Shown here: positions 8,798 to 17,641 of the stretch, in pieces
Position numbering within the stretch: position 1 is the first letter of the stretch
How the letters are laid out: the number at the start of each line of letters is the position of its first letter
NCBI GenBank assembly: GCA_963788125.1
Contig: CAWBFN010000003.1
Span: forward strand, 184,450-248,449
DNA from: an uncultured Acidimicrobiaceae bacterium
GTDB lineage: Bacteria; Actinomycetota; Acidimicrobiia; Acidimicrobiales; RAAP-2
Direction: 5' to 3'
DNA: 64,000 nucleotides
Notes under the pieces: generated by a model
Databases searched by the model: none
What the model was told of the DNA's origin: nothing
Seen by the model: only the letters and a program-made list of their open reading frames with translations
Position numbers and translations under genes: made by a program

Positions 8798-10254
8798 ACG
8801 CCATCGCCACCGCCTCCCGACCGCGCTGGCTCAGCGTGGTGGGGATCCTCGGCGTCATCGCCCTGGCCTTCACCGTCTGGCTCGGTCTGTGGATCACCCC
8901 GCCCGACGCGGTGCAGGGCAATCTGGCCCGGCTCCTCTACATCCATCCGCCCATCGCCACGGTCGCCCTCTACTGGGCCGGCGGCGTCGCCTTGGCCGGC
9001 AGCCTGCTCTATCTGTGGCCTCGCACCAGGTCGTTCTTCTGGGACCGGCTGGCCGCCTCCGCCGTGGAGGTGGGCGCCGTGTTCTCCGCTCTGACCTGCA
9101 TCACCGGCTCCATCTGGGGCCGGCCGGCCTGGGGGGTGTGGTGGGCCTGGGACGCCCGGCTCACCTCGACCGCGCTCCTGCTCCTGCTCGAGCTCGGCTA
9201 CCTGGCCCTGCGCCGCGTGCCGGCCGATCCGGCGGTGCGGGCCCGGCGCTGCGCGGTGGCGGCCCTCCTCATCGCCCTCGATGTCCCGATCGTCCACTTC
9301 TCGGTCGTCTGGTGGCAGACCCTCCACCAGAGCGGGACGGTGCTCGATCCCGGATTCCGCCTGCACGTCCACGGTTCCATGGCATGGACGTTCCTCCTCG
9401 GCTTCATCGCCTTCTCCCTCATCTTCGTGTGGCTGCTCGGCGTCCGCTACCAGATCGAGGTGTTGCAGGACCGGGTGGGCGACCAGGAGATGGAGATCTC
9501 GCTGGCCGAACGGTGGGACGAGGGGAGCGAGCTCATCGGGGTTGGGACGGCGGTTGGGACGGCGACCCCGGAGCGACCGGAGGGGGCGGCCAATGAGCTA
9601 CGTCGACGGCGGGTACACGGTCGCCCTGGTCTCGCTGTTCGTGTACGGCGTGGCGCTCGTGCTGCGCCGCCGGCGCTGGGAGAAGGCGGTCAAGGCCACG
9701 GACAGCGAAGAGCCGGCGGGTCCCGGCGCACGTTCGTGACCAGCACGCTCGACGAGCCGAACTCCTCTCCCGGCCCCTCGACGGGCACGGTCACCGGAGG
9801 CCCGGCGCTGCCCCGTCCCGGGCGCCGCCGGAGCAAGCGCCTCTGGTTCGTCTTCGCCGTGCTGGCCGCCGCCTTCGTCTTCCTCCTGGTCGAGGGGCTC
9901 GGGAGCTCACTGAACTTCTTCGACACGGTGGATCAGGCCTTCGCCCACCGGGCCTCCCTGGGCACCGGGACGTTCAACCTCGAGGGTGACGTGGTCGCCG
10001 GGTCGATCCGCCCGACAGCCGTGGGCACGGACTTCACCATCTCCGAGGGCAGCCACAGCGTGGCCGTGGCCAACACCGGCAGCCCGCCGCAGCTCTTCCA
10101 GGTGGGCATCGCCGTCGTCGTGGTCGGACACTTCACGTCCGCCACCTCGGACCGGTTCGTGTCCCACCAGATCTTGGTCAAGCACTCGGAGAACTACTGC
10201 GCCGCCAACCCCAGCCGGGTGAAGTCGAAGAGCGGGAACGTCGTCTTGTGCTGA
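8794..10254 (+). CDS. ccmC: Heme exporter protein CcmC; as sequenced the frame has no stop and runs in frame into ccmE
   Basis: The CcmC body lies at 8794-~9480 with the WWD-type motif GRPAWGVWWAWDARLTS. The ORF track shows an unbroken frame from 8794 to 10254. A frame-3 TGA at 9594-9596 would give the usual ATGA overlap with ccmD if the G5 run 9582-9586 were G6. Confidence 0.6.
   Translation: MNAIATASRPRWLSVVGILGVIALAFTVWLGLWITPPDAVQGNLARLLYIHPPIATVALYWAGGVALAGSLLYLWPRTRSFFWDRLAASAVEVGAVFSALTCITGSIWGRPAWGVWWAWDARLTSTALLLLLELGYLALRRVPADPAVRARRCAVAALLIALDVPIVHFSVVWWQTLHQSGTVLDPGFRLHVHGSMAWTFLLGFIAFSLIFVWLLGVRYQIEVLQDRVGDQEMEISLAERWDEGSELIGVGTAVGTATPERPEGAANELRRRRVHGRPGLAVRVRRGARAAPPALGEGGQGHGQRRAGGSRRTFVTSTLDEPNSSPGPSTGTVTGGPALPRPGRRRSKRLWFVFAVLAAAFVFLLVEGLGSSLNFFDTVDQAFAHRASLGTGTFNLEGDVVAGSIRPTAVGTDFTISEGSHSVAVANTGSPPQLFQVGIAVVVVGHFTSATSDRFVSHQILVKHSENYCAANPSRVKSKSGNVVLC
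9593..9739 (+). CDS. ccmD: Heme exporter protein CcmD (small single-TM protein)
   Basis: MSYVDGGYTVALVSLFVYGVALVLRRRRWEKA is a typical CcmD layout (GY, TM helix, R-rich). GTGA overlap with the ccmE start. Confidence 0.6.
   Translation: MSYVDGGYTVALVSLFVYGVALVLRRRRWEKAVKATDSEEPAGPGARS
9736..10254 (+). CDS. ccmE: Heme chaperone CcmE (His-type HxxxY)
   Basis: N-terminal anchor RLWFVFAVLAAAFVFLLV, OB-fold region FNLEGDVVAGSI and heme-binding motif VKHSENY. The GTG start at 9736 is inferred from the overlap with the ccmD stop. Confidence 0.7.
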   Translation: MTSTLDEPNSSPGPSTGTVTGGPALPRPGRRRSKRLWFVFAVLAAAFVFLLVEGLGSSLNFFDTVDQAFAHRASLGTGTFNLEGDVVAGSIRPTAVGTDFTISEGSHSVAVANTGSPPQLFQVGIAVVVVGHFTSATSDRFVSHQILVKHSENYCAANPSRVKSKSGNVVLC

Positions 10255-12431
10255 ACGCCGCCCTCGGCCTCTTCGGCGTCTGGCTCGCGCTCGCCGCCAG
10301 CGTCGTGGGTGCAGGGGTGATCGTGGTCGGGCTCTTCCGCCAGCGGGAGTCCCGGGCGAGGTCCTCCCGGCCGACGGCGGGCCGCCACACCCTGGTGGCC
10401 GCCGGCCGCGCCTTCGCACCGGCGATGCTCACCGGAGGGGTCCTAGCCACCTTGGCCATGGAGCGCGCCCTCGTGACGCACGACTTCTCCATCGTCTTCG
10501 TGGCCGAGAACAACAGCAAGGTCACCCCGCTGCTCTACTCGATCACCGGTCTGTGGTCCGCGCTGGCGGGGTCGATCCTGTTGTGGGGCCTCGTCCTCAC
10601 GGTCTTCGCCACCATTTTCGTGTGGCGCTACCGGCGCGTCGCCAGCGATCCGGTCATCCGCTGGGCCACGCTCGTCCTCTACGTCGTCACCGCCTTCTTC
10701 TTCGGGATGATGGCCGGGCCGGCCAACCCGTTCGTCACCACGCGCGCCGTCTCGGAGGGGCTGGGGCCGAACTCGCTTCTGCAGGACAACCCGCTGGTGG
10801 CCATCCACCCGCCTCTCCTCTACATCGGTTTCGTCGGGTTCACGGTGCCGTTCGCCTTCGCCATCGGCATGCTGGCCACCGGACGGATCAGCGATCGCTG
10901 GCAGATCGAGTGCCGACGCTGGACGCTGGTGGCCTTCACCTTCCTCTCGGTCGGCATCGTGCTCGGTGCGTGGTGGTCGTACCAGGTGCTCGGCTGGGGC
11001 GGCTTCTGGGGATGGGATCCGGTGGAGAACGCCGCCCTGCTGCCCTGGTTGTGCGGCACGGCGTACCTGCACTCGGTGCTGGTGCAGGAGCGCCGCGGGC
11101 TCATGCGCGTCTGGAACCTGTCGCTCTCCGTCGCCACCTTCGCCCTGACCATCCTGGGCACGTTCCTGACCCGCTCGGGGGTGATCCAGTCGGTGCACGC
11201 CTTCTCCGAGTCGACGCTCGGCCCGACCCTGATCGGCTTCTTCTTCGTGGTGGTCATCGTCGGCTTCGGCCTGATCGCCTGGCGGGGTGACCGGCTCCGC
11301 TCGCCGGGTGGCATCGACGCGCCGCTCGGTCGGGAGGGTGCCTTCCTGTTGAACAACCTGCTCTTCGTCGGCTTCGCCTTCGTCGTCTTGTTGGGGACGC
11401 TCTATCCGCTCCTCTACCAGGCGCTGACGCAGCAGCAGGTCAACGTCGGCGCACCCTTCTTCAACACGATCGCCGTGCCCGTCGGCTTGGCCCTCCTCTT
11501 CCTCATGGCCGTGGCTCCCGCCCTGAGCTGGCGCAAGATCAGCGCCGAGGTCCTCTGGCGGCGCCTGGCCGTTCCGGTGTGGATCGGCGTGCTCACCGTG
11601 GTGCTGTGCGTCGCCTTCGGCCTCCGCGGGCTGGGGACGCTGGTCGGCTTCGGGCTCGGTGCCTTCGCCGCCGCCACGGCCGCTCGCGCCCTGGTGCTCT
11701 CGGTGCGCGCCACCCGCGCCCATCACGTGGGCTGGTGGCGGGGACTCATCGGGCGGACCAACGGCGGCATGGTGGTGCATCTCGGCGTCATCGTCATGGC
11801 CGTGGGCATCATCGCCGCCACTACGTACCGCCAGCAGACCGAGCTGGCCCTGCGGCCAGGCAACGTGGTCACCTACGACGGGCACAGCTTCGACTTCGTC
11901 GGCCTGCGCAACGTCACGACTCCCTCCAAGCAGTCGCTCGAGGCGCTGGTGAGGGTGGATGGCGGTGGCGTGTTCACCCCGGCCACCACCAGCTTCGGCG
12001 GGGCGCTGGCCACGGTCGGGACGCCGGCCATCGACTCGGGTGTCTTGGGGGACGTCTACCTCACCTTCGACCAGCTGGGTGGCCTCGGCACCACGTCGGG
12101 GAGCTCGCCCATCCCCAACCTGCCCGCCGGCTCCGTCGCCATCGGGGTCGTCGTCGAGCCACTGCTGGCCTGGCTGTGGGCCGGAGGCCTGCTCGTCGGG
12201 TTGGGGGGCTTCCTCGCACTGGTGCCCGGGTCGCGCCGCCGGGCGACGGATGCGGTCTCGGCCCCCTCGAGCATGGTCACCGGTCCCGGTCCCGGTCCCG
12301 GTCCCGGTACCGAGCACGAGCTCGGGCCGGCGGAACCCGACGACGGGCGCCTCGCCGAGCTCGCGCCGGTGGGGGGCGGCGCGCCGGCGCCGCGCGACGT
12401 GCCCGTCGAACGCGGTGTCCCGACCACGTGA
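10248..12431 (+). CDS. ccmF: Cytochrome c heme lyase subunit CcmF
   Basis: 727-aa polytopic protein with WWD motif WGGFWGWDPVENAALLPWL. Overlaps the ccmE stop by 7 nt. Confidence 0.9.
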   Translation: MLNAALGLFGVWLALAASVVGAGVIVVGLFRQRESRARSSRPTAGRHTLVAAGRAFAPAMLTGGVLATLAMERALVTHDFSIVFVAENNSKVTPLLYSITGLWSALAGSILLWGLVLTVFATIFVWRYRRVASDPVIRWATLVLYVVTAFFFGMMAGPANPFVTTRAVSEGLGPNSLLQDNPLVAIHPPLLYIGFVGFTVPFAFAIGMLATGRISDRWQIECRRWTLVAFTFLSVGIVLGAWWSYQVLGWGGFWGWDPVENAALLPWLCGTAYLHSVLVQERRGLMRVWNLSLSVATFALTILGTFLTRSGVIQSVHAFSESTLGPTLIGFFFVVVIVGFGLIAWRGDRLRSPGGIDAPLGREGAFLLNNLLFVGFAFVVLLGTLYPLLYQALTQQQVNVGAPFFNTIAVPVGLALLFLMAVAPALSWRKISAEVLWRRLAVPVWIGVLTVVLCVAFGLRGLGTLVGFGLGAFAAATAARALVLSVRATRAHHVGWWRGLIGRTNGGMVVHLGVIVMAVGIIAATTYRQQTELALRPGNVVTYDGHSFDFVGLRNVTTPSKQSLEALVRVDGGGVFTPATTSFGGALATVGTPAIDSGVLGDVYLTFDQLGGLGTTSGSSPIPNLPAGSVAIGVVVEPLLAWLWAGGLLVGLGGFLALVPGSRRRATDAVSAPSSMVTGPGPGPGPGTEHELGPAEPDDGRLAELAPVGGGAPAPRDVPVERGVPTT

Positions 12432-13021
12432 AGGCCCCGGGCAAACGGCGCCACACGGCCCGCTGGGTGGCGGGCTCCGCCCTCTTCCTCCTGGCCCTCG
12501 TGGGGGTGGTCCTCGCCACCCGCACCCCCCAGGAGGCGACCGCGGTGGACAGCCCCCTGGTGGGCCACATGGCCCCGATGTTCTCGGGTTCTGACATACA
12601 GCACCCGAATGCCGCTCCGCTCTCGCTGCGCTCGTTACGCGGCCACTACGTCTTCGTCAACTTCTTCGCCAGCTGGTGCGGCCCGTGCCAGACGGAGGCG
12701 CCGGACCTCATCACGTTCTTCTACCAAAAGGCCCACGAGGACAACGCCGACGTCGTCAGCGTCGTCTTTCACGATCAGGTCGCATCGGCCGAGGGCTTCT
12801 TGAAGAGCCAGGGCGCAACGTGGCCGGCGCTGGACGACACGGGGGGCTCCATCGCCGAGAACTACGGCGTGTCTTCACCGCCGACGACGTTCCTGATCGA
12901 CCCCTCGGGGCGGATCACCGTCGAGCCCGAGCTCGGGCCGGCCACCGTGGCCGATCTTCAGAAGATGATCGAGCAGGCGCAGAAGCTGGCCCGCCCGCCG
13001 GCGCAGGGATCCCGTGTCTGA
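12428..13021 (+). CDS. ccmG: Thiol:disulfide oxidoreductase CcmG/DsbE (TlpA-like thioredoxin)
   Basis: Signal anchor followed by the thioredoxin motif FFASWCGPCQTEAP. GTGA overlap with the ccmF stop. Confidence 0.85.
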   Translation: MKAPGKRRHTARWVAGSALFLLALVGVVLATRTPQEATAVDSPLVGHMAPMFSGSDIQHPNAAPLSLRSLRGHYVFVNFFASWCGPCQTEAPDLITFFYQKAHEDNADVVSVVFHDQVASAEGFLKSQGATWPALDDTGGSIAENYGVSSPPTTFLIDPSGRITVEPELGPATVADLQKMIEQAQKLARPPAQGSRV

Positions 13022-13511
13022 GCGGGCGTCGCACTCCCCCCTCTGGGTGCGGGCGGGTCTCCCGCTCGCCGTCCTGGCGGTCGCGCTGGTGATCGGGAGC
13101 GGGGTGCTGTCCGGGAAGCCGCAGACCTCGGCGCAGCGCGCCGCATCCATTGAGGCCGTGGTCCGCTGCCCCTCGTGTATCGATGTCTCGGTGGCGCAGT
13201 CCGACCAGACGACGGCGCTGGCCGTGCGGCACCAGATCGAACGACAGGTGGCGCAGGGGCGGACGACCGCCCAGATCGAGCAGTCCCTGGTCTCCCAGTA
13301 CGGTCAGACGATCCTGTTGGAGCCGCCCGACTCGGGTGGCTTCGCCGTGATCTGGATCCTGCCCATCGCCGCGGCAGTGGTCGCCCTCGGGGTGATCGGC
13401 GTCCTCTTCTGGCGTCGCTCCCGTCAGTTTGCCGACACCCGCGCCGGGCTCACGGCGGAGGCGGCGCAGCCCACGGTGGACACCGGCCAGTTCACTGGGG
13501 GTGCGGGATGA
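13014..13511 (+). CDS. ccmH: Cytochrome c biogenesis protein CcmH (CcmL/NrfF type)
   Basis: VVRCPSCIDVSVAQSD (RCxxC motif) and a C-terminal TM helix. 8-nt overlap with the ccmG stop. Confidence 0.8.
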   Translation: MSERASHSPLWVRAGLPLAVLAVALVIGSGVLSGKPQTSAQRAASIEAVVRCPSCIDVSVAQSDQTTALAVRHQIERQVAQGRTTAQIEQSLVSQYGQTILLEPPDSGGFAVIWILPIAAAVVALGVIGVLFWRRSRQFADTRAGLTAEAAQPTVDTGQFTGGAG

Positions 13512-14404
13512 CCAACAACCTCGAGACGGGTGGCGCCGACGCCCGCCCCGACGCCAGCGAGGAGCGCTGGCTCCTCAACGACCAGCGGGAGTTCCTCCTC
13601 CGGTCGATCGACGACGCCGAAGGTGAGCGCCGGGCCGGTGACCTGGCCGAGGAGGACTACCGGGTGCTCGTGGCGAGGGACCGGGCGCGCCTGGCCGAGG
13701 TGGAGGCCGAGCTCGCCGCGCTCGGACCGGCGAGTGGGGACGAGGTGGCTCCGGCCCTCGCCGAACCGCCGCCGCGCCGCCGCTTCGGGGGTTGGCGTCG
13801 CGTCGGGATCCTCGCGTCCTGCGCCCTCATCGTGGCCGGTGCCGTCATCCTGGTCGACCACGCGCTGAGCCCGGCCCTGCCCGGCCAGGCGCCGTCGGGC
13901 AGCATCACCCAGAGCAAGGAGCAGCTGATCGAGGAGCAGCTGGCCGAGGCGGTGCTGTTGAACAATGAGGGCAAGCCGATTCCCGCCCTGCAGCTCTACA
14001 CCAAGGTGCTCGCCGAGGACCCCGACGATCCCGTGGCGCTCTCCGCCTACGGCTGGTTGGCGTGGAACTACGGCAGCACCGGGAAGTCCCCGGCGATCAT
14101 CGCCGCCGGTCGCCAGGCCGAGGAGAAGGCGGTGCGGCTCGCCCCCACCTACTGGGCCGCCCGGCTGTACCTGGGGTTGATCCTCTTCAACCAGGACCAC
14201 AACGCCACGGGTGCCGTCGGGGAGTTCGACGACTTCCTGGCCGACGGCCCGCCGAAGGAAGACGTCGCCAGCTTCGCCCCGCTGGTGGCCGGCGCCTACC
14301 AGGAGGCGAAGGTGCCACTTCCCGCCGCGCTGGCGACTGCGCTGGCGGCGGGGACGAAGACGCCCGCCACCAGCTCGACGACGACGACGACCTCAGCCCC
14401 GTAG
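13508..14404 (+). CDS. CcmI/CycH-like TPR protein, last gene of the ccm block
   Basis: ATGA overlap with ccmH. Coiled N-terminus, one TM helix (VGILASCALIVAGAVILV) and a TPR-like C-terminal region (LQLYTKVLAEDPDDPVALSAYGWLAW...). Confidence 0.5.
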   Translation: MTNNLETGGADARPDASEERWLLNDQREFLLRSIDDAEGERRAGDLAEEDYRVLVARDRARLAEVEAELAALGPASGDEVAPALAEPPPRRRFGGWRRVGILASCALIVAGAVILVDHALSPALPGQAPSGSITQSKEQLIEEQLAEAVLLNNEGKPIPALQLYTKVLAEDPDDPVALSAYGWLAWNYGSTGKSPAIIAAGRQAEEKAVRLAPTYWAARLYLGLILFNQDHNATGAVGEFDDFLADGPPKEDVASFAPLVAGAYQEAKVPLPAALATALAAGTKTPATSSTTTTTSAP

Positions 14405-15541
14405 CGCCCGCAGTCCGGCCACGACGTCGGCGAACGCGGTGGCGAAGGCGGCGATGTCGGTGTCGGTGGTCGACCAGCCGACGGAGACGCGTAGCGAGTG
14501 GCTGGGGTCGACGCCCATCGCTTCGAGCACGGGTGACGGCTCGATGCTCTCCGATGAGCACGCCGAGCCCGAGTGGACCGCCACGCCGGCCCGGTCGAGG
14601 CCGATCAGGACGGGCTCGGCCTCGACACCGTGCACACCCAGGCAGAGGAGGGAGGGCAGTCGCCCCTCTGCCTGTGGGGGTCCCACGATCTCCACCCCCT
14701 CGACCGCGGTGGCGGCGGCCGAAAGGACGGCCAGGTGCCGCCGGGCCTGGCCGGCCTCACGGTGGAGCAGGCGTTGATCGTCGGCGCCGAGCGCGCCGGC
14801 GGCAGCCCCGAAGGCCCGCAGCGCCGGTAGGGCCTCCAGCCCGGCGCGGCGGGCCCGTTCCTGCTCACCGCCGACGATGAGCGGCTCGAACCGGCTGCCG
14901 CGACGGACGACCAGCGCACCCGCACCGGGGAGCCCCCCGATCTTGTGCGCGCTGAGGCTCACCAGGTCGGCCCCCAGATCGCCCAGGTCCATGGGCACGT
15001 GGCCGCAGGCGGCGGCCGCGTCGACGTGGACCAGGACGCCGGCGGCCCGGCAGATGCCGACGATCTCGCGCACCGGCTGCAACGTTCCCACCTCGTGGTT
15101 GGCCCACTGGCAGTGCACCAGCGCCGGGCGCGGCCGGTCCGTGGCGGCCAGGCGTTCCTCGAGGAAGTCGCGGTCGATCCTCGCCGTGCCGTCGACGGGG
15201 ACGGTCTCGGTCGGCGCCAGCCGGGTGGACGCCTGGCGTACGGCGGAGTGCTCCACCTCGGCGAAGAGTACGGGTGCGCCCGGGTTTTGACGGGTCGCCC
15301 CCCACACGGCCGCGTTGACCGCCTCAGTGCCCCCCGAGGTGAAGACGATCTCGCGGGTCGTGGCGGAGACCAACGCCGCCACCTGCCGGCGCGCCTCTTC
15401 GAGCAGGTCCCGCACGACGCGACCCTCCTCGTGCAGCCGGCCCGGGTCGGCGGCCGGCGTGGCCAACCACGCCAGCACGGCGGCCACCGCCTCGGGGCGC
15501 GGCGGCGTGGTGCTGGCGTGATCGAGGTAGGCACGCCTCAC
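14393..15541 (-). CDS. Cysteine desulfurase (class V aminotransferase, NifS/IscS-like)
   Basis: PLP-lysine motif SLSAHKIGG and active-site loop HSGSACSS. 382 aa. Confidence 0.85.
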   Translation of the reverse strand: MRRAYLDHASTTPPRPEAVAAVLAWLATPAADPGRLHEEGRVVRDLLEEARRQVAALVSATTREIVFTSGGTEAVNAAVWGATRQNPGAPVLFAEVEHSAVRQASTRLAPTETVPVDGTARIDRDFLEERLAATDRPRPALVHCQWANHEVGTLQPVREIVGICRAAGVLVHVDAAAACGHVPMDLGDLGADLVSLSAHKIGGLPGAGALVVRRGSRFEPLIVGGEQERARRAGLEALPALRAFGAAAGALGADDQRLLHREAGQARRHLAVLSAAATAVEGVEIVGPPQAEGRLPSLLCLGVHGVEAEPVLIGLDRAGVAVHSGSACSSESIEPSPVLEAMGVDPSHSLRVSVGWSTTDTDIAAFATAFADVVAGLRALRG

Positions 15542-15550
15542 CGCGGGTGC

Positions 15551-16312
15551 TCAGGCAGAGGCGGTGCATGCGGCGTCGCCCCGCGCCCGCGAGGAGAGGA
15601 TGACCGGGAGCGCGCGCGCCGAGGCCTGGCCGCAAAGCCCCGACAGGAGCCCGGTGACCATGCCCCGGTCGACGGCACACAGCACGGGGTTCGTGGTGCT
15701 GGCGTTGCCGAACGGGCACTGTTCGGCCACCACTGCCGTGGTGTCGCCCCGGTCCTCGGCGTGCGCGGCGAACCCGTGGGCGGTCAGCGTGTCGGCCACC
15801 ACGTGCATGGCCGCCCGGATGGTCCGCTGCCCTTCGGTCGCCGTCATCCTCGAGGCCAGGGAGAGCCCGTACTGCTCGCCGACGTGCGCCGCCATCTTCT
15901 CGGCCTCCTCCAGGCCCAACCGCTGCATGGCTTCGGCCAGGAGCCGCATGAGCAGGTCGTCCCGCCGCTGCATGAGCCCGATCGTCAACTCCTCTTCGAC
16001 GCAGAAGAACTGTTTGGCCGGCCGACCGGCGCCGGGTGCCTTCCGGGTCGTCTCGACGCGTAGGTACCCCCCGTCCACCAGGCGTTGCAGGTGGTGCCGG
16101 GCCACGTTGGGGTGGAGGGAGAAGGTGGAGGCCACCTCTGTCGCCGTCACCCCGGGCCTGGTCCGGACATGGAGGAAGATGTCGCGACGGGTCGGATCGC
16201 CGAAGGCGGCCGCCACGGCGGCCACCGCGGCGGTAAACCGCCCGTCGTCGGAGTCGCCCTCCGGCCGTGCCTCGGGCGCTGGTGGCGCCGCTGCGATCGG
16301 GGCCGATGTCAC
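15551..16312 (-). CDS. ArsR/SufR-like winged-helix regulator with a Cys-rich C-terminal domain
   Basis: HTH region FGDPTRRDIFLHVR...ATEVASTFSLHPNVARHHLQRLVDGGYL. C-terminal cysteines have spacing C-x12-C-x14-C. The maximal ORF reaches 16438, but GTG at 16312 avoids overlap with the divergent mrp. Confidence 0.6.
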   Translation of the reverse strand: MTSAPIAAAPPAPEARPEGDSDDGRFTAAVAAVAAAFGDPTRRDIFLHVRTRPGVTATEVASTFSLHPNVARHHLQRLVDGGYLRVETTRKAPGAGRPAKQFFCVEEELTIGLMQRRDDLLMRLLAEAMQRLGLEEAEKMAAHVGEQYGLSLASRMTATEGQRTIRAAMHVVADTLTAHGFAAHAEDRGDTTAVVAEQCPFGNASTTNPVLCAVDRGMVTGLLSGLCGQASARALPVILSSRARGDAACTASA

Positions 16313-16419
16313 GATGGGTAGTCTACCGAAGGATCGGCCCTCTTCAGCTGGGGCGATGCGCCGGCGCGGGAGAGTCACGCGCCAGGTCGGTCCAGCACCA
16401 ACCGGGAACGAGGGAGTGC

Positions 16420-17604
16420 ATGGCAATCGATCAATCACAGCTCACGGCGGCTCTCGGTGCCATCGTCGAACCCGAGCTCGGGTTGCCGTTGGGCACCATC
16501 GGGCTGTTGCGGGAGGTGAAGGCGCGTCGCGGCCGGGTGCGGATTGAGCTGGCCCTGCCCGTGGCCGCCTGGCCGGGCTCCGATGCGTTGGCCGACGAGG
16601 TGCACCGCGTCGCCCGGACCGTTCCCGGCGTAGAGGAGATCGAGTTCGATCTGACGGTGATGCACGACGCCGAGCGCGCCGCGTTGCGTGTGACCCTGCG
16701 GCGGGACATGTTCGGGGTGACCGGCCAAGAGGACGAGCTCGAGGACGAGGGCACCGGAGGCGGCCACGCAGGGCACGGGCACGCGGACGGGGCCCAGGCG
16801 CCGACGCCCGTGTTCCTGCAGCCCGACTCGGCCACGCGTGTCATCGGCGTGTCGTCGGGGAAAGGGGGCGTCGGAAAGTCGACGGTGACGGTGAACCTGG
16901 CCGTGGCGTTGGCCCGGGCGGGCCACAGCGTCGGCCTATTGGACGCCGACGTCTATGGCTTCTCCGTGCCCAAGATGCTCGGGACCGACCACGACCCGAT
17001 CATCCTCGGCGACGTCGTGATCCCCACTTCGGCCCACGGGGTCAAGTGCCTTTCCATGGGGTACTTCGTGCCCGACGACCAGCCGGTCATCTGGCGCGGC
17101 CCCATGCTCCACAAGGCCATTCAGCAGTTCCTCACCGACGCCTACTGGGGTCGGCCCGACTTCGTGCTCGTCGACATGCCCCCCGGTACCGGTGACGTGG
17201 CGCTCACGCTGGCCGAGGTGATGCCCCGGGCGGAGATCATCGTGGTGACCACACCGCAGCCGGCCGCGCAGCGGGTGGCCCAACGCTCGGCGTTCGCCGC
17301 CCGCCGCCTCAAGCTCTCGGTACGCGGGGTGGTCGAGAACATGAGCTGGTTCACCGGCGACGACGGCCGGCGTTACGAACTGTTCGGCGCCGGTGGGGGC
17401 GACACCCTGGCGGCAGATCTGGGCGTTCCCCTCCTCGGCAAGGTCCCCCTGGTGGCCGCCGTCCGCCAGGGCGGGGACGAGGGCCGGCCCATCGTGGTGG
17501 TCGAGCCGCAGAGCGAGACGGCGCAGGCCTTCACCTCCATCGCCGCGCGCTTGGCCTCCCTCGGGCCGGCGCGGGTCTACCGCAAGGAGCTCACCCTGAA
17601 GTAG
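16420..17604 (+). CDS. mrp: Fe-S cluster carrier ATPase Mrp/ApbC with N-terminal DUF59 domain
   Basis: P-loop SSGKGGVGKSTVTVNLA. N-terminal MIP18/DUF59-like LTAALGAIVEPELGLPLGTIGLL. Confidence 0.85.
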   Translation: MAIDQSQLTAALGAIVEPELGLPLGTIGLLREVKARRGRVRIELALPVAAWPGSDALADEVHRVARTVPGVEEIEFDLTVMHDAERAALRVTLRRDMFGVTGQEDELEDEGTGGGHAGHGHADGAQAPTPVFLQPDSATRVIGVSSGKGGVGKSTVTVNLAVALARAGHSVGLLDADVYGFSVPKMLGTDHDPIILGDVVIPTSAHGVKCLSMGYFVPDDQPVIWRGPMLHKAIQQFLTDAYWGRPDFVLVDMPPGTGDVALTLAEVMPRAEIIVVTTPQPAAQRVAQRSAFAARRLKLSVRGVVENMSWFTGDDGRRYELFGAGGGDTLAADLGVPLLGKVPLVAAVRQGGDEGRPIVVVEPQSETAQAFTSIAARLASLGPARVYRKELTLK

Positions 17605-17641
17605 GCCGTCCCGGCGCGCGCCGGGGGTCGGGACGCAGGGG

